This document shows, piece after piece, positions 1 through 8,936 of a stretch of 15,988 nt of DNA. How positions within the stretch are numbered: position 1 is the first letter of the stretch; the number at the start of each line of letters is the position of its first letter. The notes beneath the pieces were generated by a model. That model did no database searches. It was not told the origin of the DNA and saw nothing but the letters and a program-made list of their open reading frames with translations. Source of the DNA: Candidatus Krumholzibacteriales bacterium (GTDB taxonomy: Bacteria; Krumholzibacteriota; Krumholzibacteriia; Krumholzibacteriales; WJIX01); contig JAWODM010000049.1 of the NCBI GenBank assembly GCA_046483305.1, forward strand, positions 1-15,988, written 5' to 3'. The translations under genes were made by a program, and so were the position numbers.

Positions 1-225
1 ATCGGCGACTACAAGCACTCGGACCGCCACCATCATTATGGCGACCATCACTCCAGGAAGGACTACCACCGCGGGCGGGGGCACAAACAATACAAACGCG
101 ACCACCGTTCCCGCGGCACCAAGGTCATCATCCTCAGCCCGCGCGGCCACTACCGTTCCGGCTACAGCCGCGACCGACAACGATTTCGAATTAATCACTC
201 AGCCGCAAACCAAACCAATAATTAA
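1..225 (+). CDS. 5'-truncated His/Arg/Tyr-rich low-complexity protein, C-terminal fragment (IGDYKHSDRHHHYGDHHSRKDYHRGRGHKQYKRDHRSRGTKVIILSPRGHYRSGYSRD...)
   Basis: Frame +1 is open from base 1 to TAA at 223-225 (74 codons). 49 of the first 58 codons end in G/C, a strong coding signature in this register. It is absent from the ORF track because no start codon lies in the window. Codons after nt 174 may not belong to the original gene. Confidence 0.5.
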   Translation: MGDYKHSDRHHHYGDHHSRKDYHRGRGHKQYKRDHRSRGTKVIILSPRGHYRSGYSRDRQRFRINHSAANQTNN

Positions 226-242
226 ACTACCTGATAGATTAT

Positions 243-263
243 AAAAATTGGGGAAACTCCAAT
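243..263 (-). terminator. Weak hairpin plus U-tract downstream of folK (possible intrinsic terminator)
   Basis: Minus strand ATTGGAG-TTT-CCCCAAT followed by TTTTAT, about 37 nt after the folK stop. The stem has one mismatch on this strand. Confidence 0.3.
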
Positions 264-299
264 CAGGAAAACCATTGAAATCACAGAACAGCTTTGAAC

Positions 300-830
300 T
301 CAGCTCCGGAGCAGGTAATACCTTGAAGATGCCAATCTGGCAGAACCTTTTAAATCCAGGGTATCCAGGGTATCGGAGAGCCGTTTGTTTCCGGGAGGAA
401 TTGAGATGCCGGGAGATACTTCCATCAGGGGTACTACAACAAAAGACCTGTATTTGAAACGGGGATGGGGGATGGTAAGTTCTTCAGTATTTATCGTCAG
501 CGATCCGTAAAGAATGAGGTCTATGTCCAGAATCCGGTCCCGCCCCCGGGAATATTCACTCCCACCCAGTACTCTCTCCGTTTCCTGGCAGACAGAAAGC
601 AGATTTCCGGGCGAAATACTGGTTCTGAGAAGGGCGACCGCGTTGATGAAAGTCCGGTTATAACCCCCGCCCACCGGTTCTGTCTGGTACAGGGAACTGA
701 GCTTTTCGAGGATAATCCCATCCTTTTCCGCCAGGGCATCCGCCGCCTTCAGCAGATTGTTCTCTCTACGGCCCAGGTTCGAGCCGAGCGAAAGGACTGC
801 CCTCTCCGGTTTATTCTGCTTCTCTCTCAA
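300..830 (-). CDS. folK: 2-amino-4-hydroxy-6-hydroxymethyldihydropteridine pyrophosphokinase (HPPK)
   Basis: Motifs LSLGSNLG, SSLYQTEP, FINAVA, RILDIDLILYG and LTIPHPRFKYRSFVVVPL. TTG start overlaps the folB end by 20 nt. Confidence 0.93.
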   Translation of the reverse strand: MREKQNKPERAVLSLGSNLGRRENNLLKAADALAEKDGIILEKLSSLYQTEPVGGGYNRTFINAVALLRTSISPGNLLSVCQETERVLGGSEYSRGRDRILDIDLILYGSLTINTEELTIPHPRFKYRSFVVVPLMEVSPGISIPPGNKRLSDTLDTLDLKGSARLASSRYYLLRS

Positions 831-1173
831 CTACCACCGCGACGTGTGCAAGACTATTCGGAAATGGAAGGGTCAGTTTTCTAATCTCCGCTCTTATCCT
901 CATAATAGGGAATTTCTCCAGAACTTCCCTACATATCGAGTTGGCCAGAGTCTCCAGAAGGTTGAATTTATTATTCTCCACCACTTCCATTACCGTGGAA
1001 TATACCCGTTCATAGTTTACAGTATCTTCAAGGGCGTCGGTCATACTGGCTTTGGTAAAGTCATGGCAATATTCAATATCTATCTCCAGTTTCTGCCCTA
1101 TTTCCCTCTCTACCGGTGAAACGCCGTAATAACCAAAGACTGTTATGCCCTTGAGAACAACCTTTTCTTCCAA
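811..1173 (-). CDS. folB: Dihydroneopterin aldolase
   Basis: 120 aa with GYYGVSPVEREIGQKLEIDI, DALEDTVNYERV and NLLETLANSI. TTG start after AAGGGGTAGGA. Adjacent to folK. Confidence 0.93.
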   Translation of the reverse strand: MEEKVVLKGITVFGYYGVSPVEREIGQKLEIDIEYCHDFTKASMTDALEDTVNYERVYSTVMEVVENNKFNLLETLANSICREVLEKFPIMRIRAEIRKLTLPFPNSLAHVAVVVEREAE

Positions 1174-1247
1174 AATCCTACCCCTTTTCGTAACTTTTCT
1201 TATTAATGCCGGACACCAGGTAATCCTGTTGCCGTGCCGGCCCTTAT

Positions 1248-2402
1248 CTACCGGGCAGCCGCAAGCCTGCCGGCCGCCTTTTCAATCACCTCATCGCCGG
1301 CGGTAATGGACAGCCGGAAATACCCTTCGCCGAAGCTGCCGAACCCGATACCCGGAGTGGCAATTATCCCGGCGCGTTCCATCAGTTCCCTGCAGTAATC
1401 CATAGACTTTTTATTATCAGGGACTTCAACCCAGAAATAGAAAGTGGCTTCGGGCGCGGAATAATCGAATCCCGCCCTGTCCAGCCCTTTCTTCAATACC
1501 TCTCTTCTGCGCCGGTAAACCTCTCTAATCTCTCCGGTTACCTCTTCGAAACAGCTGTCCAGCACCTGTGCGACCGCCCACTGCAACGCGCTGAATACAC
1601 CCGAATCGATATTTGCCTTGAGCGAGGACAGAGCTGAAATCTCTTCCGGCGAACCGACCGCGAAACCGATTCTCCAACCTGTTATTGAAAGAGTTTTTGA
1701 GAATGAGAAAAACTCGATATAAGGGATCCCGGCCTCTCTTGCCCTGGGGAAGAGGACTTCCGGGGGGCTGCTGAAATAAATATCTGAATAAGCGGCATCG
1801 TTTGCCAGGATAATTCCCCTGTCCCCGCAGAATTCAACCGCTTCATCAAATCTATCGCCTGAAGCCGTCCGGGAGGTCGGATTGTTTGGATAATTCAGGT
1901 AGATCAGCGCGGCCCTTGCCGATTCTCCCCCGCTGACCTCTTTGAAATCCGGCCAGTAGCAGTTCGATGCCCTGAGCGGCATCCTGAGTACATCCGCACC
2001 GGCGAAGACCGCCGAGGAATAGTAGACGGGGTATCCCGGGTCCGGAATCATGACGAGATCGCCCGGGTTTACCACTGCGAGGGGGAAATGCCCTATAGCC
2101 TCCTTGCTCCCTATGGTGACTATAATTTCATCTTCAGAGAGAGACTGCCCGTGCCGCCTGTTCAACAGCTCCAGAATGGAACTGCGCAAATCAGGAAGGC
2201 CGGTCCCGGGCGGATACCTGTGATAATCTGGAATATCCAGAGATTGTTTAAGAGACGTAATCAGCGCGGCCGGAGCGCCCAGATCGGGGTCTCCGATTCC
2301 AAGATCCAGAACCTCTCTTCCGGAACTGAGCAGCGATTCCCTTACCCTGTCTATCTCTTCAAAAAGGTACGGCGGCAGCTTAGAGATCTTTTCAGATTGC
2401 AT
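1248..2402 (-). CDS. Class I/II PLP-dependent aminotransferase, LL-diaminopimelate aminotransferase-like
   Basis: LPPYLFEEID N-terminus, DLGIGDPD, GSKEAIGH, PDPGYPVY, NYPNNPT, DAAYSDI, and PLP-lysine motif SFSKTLSITGWRIG. Substrate specificity (DapL versus DapC/AlaC-like) cannot be fixed from motifs alone. Confidence 0.85.
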   Translation of the reverse strand: MQSEKISKLPPYLFEEIDRVRESLLSSGREVLDLGIGDPDLGAPAALITSLKQSLDIPDYHRYPPGTGLPDLRSSILELLNRRHGQSLSEDEIIVTIGSKEAIGHFPLAVVNPGDLVMIPDPGYPVYYSSAVFAGADVLRMPLRASNCYWPDFKEVSGGESARAALIYLNYPNNPTSRTASGDRFDEAVEFCGDRGIILANDAAYSDIYFSSPPEVLFPRAREAGIPYIEFFSFSKTLSITGWRIGFAVGSPEEISALSSLKANIDSGVFSALQWAVAQVLDSCFEEVTGEIREVYRRRREVLKKGLDRAGFDYSAPEATFYFWVEVPDNKKSMDYCRELMERAGIIATPGIGFGSFGEGYFRLSITAGDEVIEKAAGRLAAAR

Positions 2403-2436
2403 AAAGATCTTTTCCGATTCCGGTTCGCATTACAGT

Positions 2437-4170
2437 TTAATATAAGTGGACTATTCTACTAACACTTACCAGAGTGTTTGGGTCCGCGGAGGTAAAGATG
2501 GGGGCGTATATCTCACCCATCTCATCATAGTGAACCCTCTTCCACCGGTAATCTATATCTGCCGGCTCATCTCTCTTCTCCCACCTGTAGGCTTCAGAAA
2601 CATATACCAGTCTGTCGTCACTGAGAGAATATTCCATAATAGCGTTCCAGGATTCGAACCATACCTTCCCTTTTCTTACTACCCGAAAAGCTAATTTATC
2701 GCCGTTACGCGACCAGTTTACCCCGTACATATCGTCAGTGTCTCTCTCTTTATTCAGCACCTCGGTGATAATTCCTCCGCCCGGAGTTACCAGGTAAACT
2801 CCGTCATCGTTTATTATCGCTCCCATTGAGCCGTCAGGGGCCCAGACGAATTCATGAACCCTGGTCAACCCTGTCACATCAATCGACAGGGAGCGGTCCA
2901 CGCTGTTATAGTTGAGGTAACAGAGGGTAGGCATATTGCTGACAGCCGCGCTGAAAGCGGCCATATCGCCGTTGGGACTCCACTGGATGATGGTGTTGGC
3001 CCCGATTCTTATGCGAGTATCCCTTACGATATCAAAGAACTCAGTCTGTGAAGTATCCGGCTCGCCGCCGATAATGGGAATGGCATAAGGTTCATAATAA
3101 TTCGGCAGGGTATCCACTACACTGATTCTATTGGAAAAATAGATAATGCTGTTTTCATCGGGGGTCAACTGGGGGAGGATATTCTGGAAATAGACGGGAA
3201 AAGAAAATTCCTTGACCACCACGGTGTCTACCGACTCGACCAGTATCTCCGGCATGAAACCGTCGCCTTCTTCCCAGTAGGCGATATTCACCAGGTCCTC
3301 GCTTCCGTCACCCTGCTCACCCGCCTGGACGTATTCCATAACCACACTGGAACCATCGCTGTTAAATGAGGGGTGTCTATACTGATTATACCTGTTGACA
3401 TCACTCTGGCCATCCATGTCATAGGTTATCTTGATATCAGTTCCGCCGTGCAGGTCGTACCTTCCGATATTCATGTGAGTCATGGCATAGTTCGTGTTGT
3501 AGTTATTGAAGACACTTACGATCGCCCTCTGCCCGTCTTCGGTTATGCCGAAATAACCCGCTCCCTCTTCCCGGTGGAATATCTCTACATCGTCGTATAG
3601 CCCCTCGGTAATCTTCACACTTACCGTAGAATCTTCGTAGCGGTACAGATCAGCGCCATAATACTGGAAATCGGCGAACGAATACTTTTCTTCCTCGGTT
3701 ATGAATCTGCTGTAGAACGGTGAAATGAAGAACAGCTCTCCATTGACCATCTGCGGGAAGATCGAATGCAGCCTGCCGGTATCAATAACATCCTGATCCC
3801 TTACTGAAACAATGGTGGAGTCTCTCCTGGTATCTCCGCCCACCTCTATTTCAAGCCTCACCGTATATTCGCCTTTTACCTGCGGCACCTGCCATCTGAC
3901 CACACCTTCGTCATTCTCCATCAGAGCGCCTTCTTCCACACTCCATCTGTAGGAGATTCTTTCTCCCGAGCTGGAGCCGACTACTCTGGCCGCGAGGGTA
4001 TCTACCGAACCCGGTTCCGGAGAAAGCGGGTTGGAGAGTATTTTCAGGATCTGGAATTCAGGCGGCGGTACCGGGGCGATCGTATCATCATCGCTGCACC
4101 CGGCTGAAATCAGCAGAACGAAAAGCAGAAGAAATGATAAGTCTATAATCTTTCTAAAACAGCACTTCAC
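2437..4170 (-). CDS. Lipoprotein with N-terminal Ig/PKD-like domain and C-terminal TolB/PD40-like beta-propeller, function unknown
   Basis: Likely start is GTG at 4170, with GGAGG 7 nt upstream. This gives MKCCFRKIIDLSFLLLFVLLISAG-C, a lipobox. It is followed by an Ig-like segment (ISYRWSVEEG...VRWQVPQVKGEYTVRLEI) and PD40-like repeats (PSFNSDG, PQLTPDE..IYFSNR, WSPNG, WAPDG, WSRNGDKLAF). Confidence 0.75.
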   Translation of the reverse strand: MKCCFRKIIDLSFLLLFVLLISAGCSDDDTIAPVPPPEFQILKILSNPLSPEPGSVDTLAARVVGSSSGERISYRWSVEEGALMENDEGVVRWQVPQVKGEYTVRLEIEVGGDTRRDSTIVSVRDQDVIDTGRLHSIFPQMVNGELFFISPFYSRFITEEEKYSFADFQYYGADLYRYEDSTVSVKITEGLYDDVEIFHREEGAGYFGITEDGQRAIVSVFNNYNTNYAMTHMNIGRYDLHGGTDIKITYDMDGQSDVNRYNQYRHPSFNSDGSSVVMEYVQAGEQGDGSEDLVNIAYWEEGDGFMPEILVESVDTVVVKEFSFPVYFQNILPQLTPDENSIIYFSNRISVVDTLPNYYEPYAIPIIGGEPDTSQTEFFDIVRDTRIRIGANTIIQWSPNGDMAAFSAAVSNMPTLCYLNYNSVDRSLSIDVTGLTRVHEFVWAPDGSMGAIINDDGVYLVTPGGGIITEVLNKERDTDDMYGVNWSRNGDKLAFRVVRKGKVWFESWNAIMEYSLSDDRLVYVSEAYRWEKRDEPADIDYRWKRVHYDEMGEIYAPIFTSADPNTLVSVSRIVHLY

Positions 4171-4318
4171 TTGAAAACCTCCAAAATTTACTGGGCTCCG
4201 TAGCGATCTCATATCAGGAAGTAATTATTTACGGTCATGTATATAATTCAATGTAAAATATTATTATTCCCGGTGGAATTCAAGAGAATTCCAACCGCCA
4301 TTTCATCTAAATTGACTC

Positions 4319-4349
4319 AAAAAAACACCCGGCCGCGGGGCCGGGTGTT
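4319..4349 (-). terminator. Rho-independent terminator of groESL
   Basis: Minus strand AACACCCGGCC-CCGC-GGCCGGGTGTT, a perfect 11-bp stem running into a 7-nt T tract, about 32 nt after the groEL stop. Confidence 0.92.
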
Positions 4350-4381
4350 CCAATCATCAGCTCAGTACCGCGAAAGATGTT

Positions 4382-6031
<1,650 letters not shown>

Positions 6032-6319
6032 TTATATTTTAGCCAGTATGTCACTTTCTCTCAGAATCAGATAATCGGTATTATCGATGGTAATCTCGGT
6101 TCCGGAATACTTGCCGTAGAGAACCCTGTCGCCCTTCTTCACTTCCATCTCGATCCTCTTCCCGCTTGATTCATCTACACGGCCCTTACCCACCTCGATA
6201 ACTTCACCTTCCTGAGGCTTTTCCTTGGCGGTATCAGGTATGATTATCCCGCCCTTCTTGACCTCTTCCTGCTCGGCAGGCTTTACCAGCACTCTATCTG
6301 CCAGAGGCGTTATCTTCAT
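6032..6319 (-). CDS. groES: Co-chaperonin GroES (Cpn10)
   Basis: [36 protein letters not shown] and LRESDILA. The real start is ATG at 6319 after AAGGAAAGGGGG. The track's GTG at 6349 lies inside the CIRCE element. Confidence 0.98.
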   Translation of the reverse strand: MKITPLADRVLVKPAEQEEVKKGGIIIPDTAKEKPQEGEVIEVGKGRVDESSGKRIEMEVKKGDRVLYGKYSGTEITIDNTDYLILRESDILAKI

Positions 6320-6342
6320 TTTTTCCCCCTTTCCTTGAAAAT

Positions 6343-6369
6343 TTAGCACTCTACCTCTATGACTGCCAT
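6343..6369. promoter_or_regulatory. CIRCE element (HrcA operator)
   Basis: TTAGCACTC-TACCTCTAT-GACTGCCAT versus consensus TTAGCACTC-N9-GAGTGCTAA. One arm is perfect, the other 6/9, with an exact 9-nt spacer. It lies between the promoter and the groES SD. Confidence 0.88.
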
Positions 6370-6380
6370 TTTGAATGCGA

Positions 6381-6408
6381 AATATATCAAATATTTTTTT
6401 TTATGCAA
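6381..6408 (-). promoter_or_regulatory. Sigma70-type promoter of groESL
   Basis: Minus strand TTGCAT-N16-TATATT with TGn extended -10 and an AT-rich upstream tract, directly upstream of CIRCE. Confidence 0.65.
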
Positions 6409-6568
6409 GAAAAAATTTCATCGTCCACCACATTAGGAGTTAACTCGTTAAATAACAGTATTATATATTATTATCAGGGTGCTGATTATTAATAGCGCCG
6501 GGATGGGATGTGTAAATATTGGGACGGGATAGCCGCCGATCGGAGGTGTAACGTAACCCGTTATTGCT

Positions 6569-7312
6569 TCAGGCCGTTCTGGAAATCAGGGCCAGCCCCT
6601 TGAAAATGAGATCCGGGTCATGAATAAGGGGGAATTCCAGTTCATTCCTGAAATATCCTCCCCCTCCTCCGGTAAGATAGATATCCGGCCGTAGTTCTAC
6701 AGAATCCGCTGTCAGGGCTACCAGCTTCTGAACAGCCCCTGAAATCCCCCAGCGGACGCCGGAGCTTATCGCTTCCTCCGTGGACCTCCCGGGCGGCCGG
6801 GCACGGCCGGAAAACGCTTCAGTAACTTCAATGGCCGGCAGCGCCGAAGCTGACCGGGAGAGAGAATCGAGAACGGTCTCCGGGCCGGGGAAAATAGAGC
6901 CTCCCCTGAACCCTTCGGAGGTGAGAAGGTCTATCGTTATGGCGGTGCCTATATCCACAATCACAGCCTCTTCCGATCCTTCGGCCCTGGCCCCGGCTGC
7001 GGCGCATATCCTGTCGGCCCCGAGCTTTTCCGGTGATTCTACCAGAATGGCAAAGGGCAGATTGATATCCGAGCTTATCGGGATTATCCTGGGCCGCCCG
7101 GACTCTCCGTACCGGCCTGCAAAATCCCGGCTCCAGGAAGGGACCACACTGCAGAATGCCACAACGTCCGGGGAGAATCGCTCAACCAGATTTCCCGCCG
7201 ATTCCAGGCTCTCTCTGAGATCGGCTCCGGCCCTCTCCCTGATGATTCCGCCGGAGAAAAAAGCCGCCTTGAGCCCGCTGTTTCCCACATCGATTGCCAG
7301 AAGCGATCTCAT
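6569..7312 (-). CDS. coaX: Type III pantothenate kinase
   Basis: LLAIDVGNS, CSVVP, KLGADR, VVDIGTA-type motif (IVDIGTAITID), GGSIFPG and LTGG. The real start is ATG at 7312, forming an ATGA overlap with the birA stop. The track's 69-codon N-terminal extension lies inside birA. Confidence 0.93.
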   Translation of the reverse strand: MRSLLAIDVGNSGLKAAFFSGGIIRERAGADLRESLESAGNLVERFSPDVVAFCSVVPSWSRDFAGRYGESGRPRIIPISSDINLPFAILVESPEKLGADRICAAAGARAEGSEEAVIVDIGTAITIDLLTSEGFRGGSIFPGPETVLDSLSRSASALPAIEVTEAFSGRARPPGRSTEEAISSGVRWGISGAVQKLVALTADSVELRPDIYLTGGGGGYFRNELEFPLIHDPDLIFKGLALISRTA

Positions 7313-8085
7313 TTCTGTTTCCTTTCCACACTCAGGTCGCCGGAATGGATGGTTTCGATCCCGTAACCGGTCTCCAGCAGAAGATACCCCTGATCGGATA
7401 TCCCGGAGAACCTGCCTTCCCATCTCATATTTCCGGATAAAACCGAGATTCTTTCGCCGATATACAGGACTTTTCCGCGAATCCGGGGAAGGAACGGTTT
7501 CAGTCCCGAATTCTTCCATTCGAGATAATTCTTCTCGAAGAGTTCCAGCAGATCGCGGAGTAGCGCCCCCCTGTCGAAACGCATTCCCTGTTCTATCCTC
7601 AGAGAGGTTGCCAGATCAATTATTTCAGGATGAAGGCAACTCTCTGTCTCATTTACATTCAAACCAGCTCCCAGAACTACAAAATCCTTCCTTCCCTCTG
7701 CAAGGATGCCTCCAGCTTTCTTCCCTCCAATGTATATATCATTAGGCCACTTCATCATAGCGCCGATTCCCTCCGATTCCAGATACTCGATCACCGAAAA
7801 AGAAAAAAGGGTCATCAATCCCTCTCTCTTTTCCCCCGGCCTCAGCAGGACCGAGAAAACCAGCCCCCCTTCCCGGCTGGAAAACCATACCCTTCCCTTT
7901 CTTCCCCTTCCTTTCACCTGTTCGGCCGCACTTACAACTGTTCCTTCCGGAAACCCGGACCTTCCCAGGTCGAAACATGGATCGTTGGTGGAGCCGATCC
8001 GGTCATACAGAATGATCACCCTGCCCAGCCACAGGCTGCGGAGTTCCTTTTTAATCAGGCCGGGATGGAGTTCGTCAATTATCAA
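7309..8085 (-). CDS. birA: Biotin--[acetyl-CoA-carboxylase] ligase lacking the N-terminal HTH (monofunctional BirA)
   Basis: IGSTND, AAEQVKGRGRKGRVW, KWPNDI, KKAGGILAE and C-terminal SH3-like GISDQGYLLL..SGDL. TTG start with GGAGG, overlapping the nadC end. Confidence 0.93.
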   Translation of the reverse strand: MIIDELHPGLIKKELRSLWLGRVIILYDRIGSTNDPCFDLGRSGFPEGTVVSAAEQVKGRGRKGRVWFSSREGGLVFSVLLRPGEKREGLMTLFSFSVIEYLESEGIGAMMKWPNDIYIGGKKAGGILAEGRKDFVVLGAGLNVNETESCLHPEIIDLATSLRIEQGMRFDRGALLRDLLELFEKNYLEWKNSGLKPFLPRIRGKVLYIGERISVLSGNMRWEGRFSGISDQGYLLLETGYGIETIHSGDLSVERKQK

Positions 8086-8935
8086 CGGCTCCTCCGTTCA
8101 GTTGATCAAGTATCAGGCTCAGGTCCAGGGCGGGAGCCGAAGTGGTGAGCAGGCCGACCGATATGAAATCCACTCCGGGAACTGTGTATTCTTCTATTGA
8201 ATCCAATGTAATCCCCCCGGATATCTCTATCTCCGGCCTTCTCCCTCCGGACTTCTCAATCTCAGAGACAGCTTCAGCTGCCATTTCGGGGGTAAAATTA
8301 TCCAGCATTATCCTGCCCGGAGGATTATCCAGCAGCTCGCGGAGCATTTCCAGCGAATCGACTTCTATCTCCGCGTCGGCGAGCCTGCCGCCCAATCGCC
8401 GGACAACTCCGGCCAGCCCTCCCGCGGCCTTGATGTGGTTTTCCTTGACCAGAATGTAATCGGCCAGGTTCATGCGGTGATTAGAACCTCCTCCATCCCT
8501 GACCGCTTTCTTCTCGGCAGCCCTGAGGCCGGGGGTTGTTTTTCTGGTATCCAGAACGGTTATTCCGCTGCCTCTGAGTTTCCGTACGAAAGAAGCCGTA
8601 AGTGTGGCTATCCCCGAAAGATGCCCCAGAAAATTAAGGGCGGTCCTCTCGGCGGCCATTACGGAAACCGCTCTACCCCTGATTCGTGACACCATATCTC
8701 CCGGACCGACACGGCCCCCGTCCTTTGCCAGTCTTGAATATTCCAGGCTGTCATCCAGGTATCCGAAGGTTTCTTCGGCATAATCCTGGCCGGAAATAAT
8801 CCCCTCCTGTCTGGCCACTATGAAAGCGGAACATTCCAGCTTCCCGTCCACTACCATCCCGCTGGTGAGGTCATCATACGCGCAGTCGGTCTCAAGAGCG
8901 ATCCTTATAATATCGTTCACCCGGTCATCCGGCAA
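8075..8935 (-). CDS. nadC: Nicotinate-nucleotide pyrophosphorylase (quinolinate phosphoribosyltransferase)
   Basis: AERTALNFL..LSGIAT, DTRKTTPGLR, NHR...KENH, EIEVDS, IMLDNF and EISGGI. TTG start 1 nt after the uvrB stop, with SD GGAGG. Confidence 0.95.
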   Translation of the reverse strand: MPDDRVNDIIRIALETDCAYDDLTSGMVVDGKLECSAFIVARQEGIISGQDYAEETFGYLDDSLEYSRLAKDGGRVGPGDMVSRIRGRAVSVMAAERTALNFLGHLSGIATLTASFVRKLRGSGITVLDTRKTTPGLRAAEKKAVRDGGGSNHRMNLADYILVKENHIKAAGGLAGVVRRLGGRLADAEIEVDSLEMLRELLDNPPGRIMLDNFTPEMAAEAVSEIEKSGGRRPEIEISGGITLDSIEEYTVPGVDFISVGLLTTSAPALDLSLILDQLNGGAVDN

Positions 8936-8936
8936 G

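Noticed and set aside
38..244. Track ORF encoding a Thr/Ala-rich 68-aa peptide
   Set aside because: Alternative frame of the His-rich ORF. The third-position GC bias lies in frame +1, and there is no SD before ATG 38.
6320..6349. Longer groES start (GTG 6349); likewise groEL GTG 6019 and lipoprotein ATG 4212
   Set aside because: The downstream starts have proper SD spacing and canonical N-termini. GTG 6349 is part of CIRCE.
7313..7519. N-terminal extension of coaX in the ORF track
   Set aside because: Overlaps birA in another frame. The kinase fold begins at ATG 7312, which is coupled to the birA stop.
6780..7745. 321-aa + strand ORF across coaX/birA
   Set aside because: Antisense to two well-supported genes, Ser/Arg/Pro-rich, with no domain signature.
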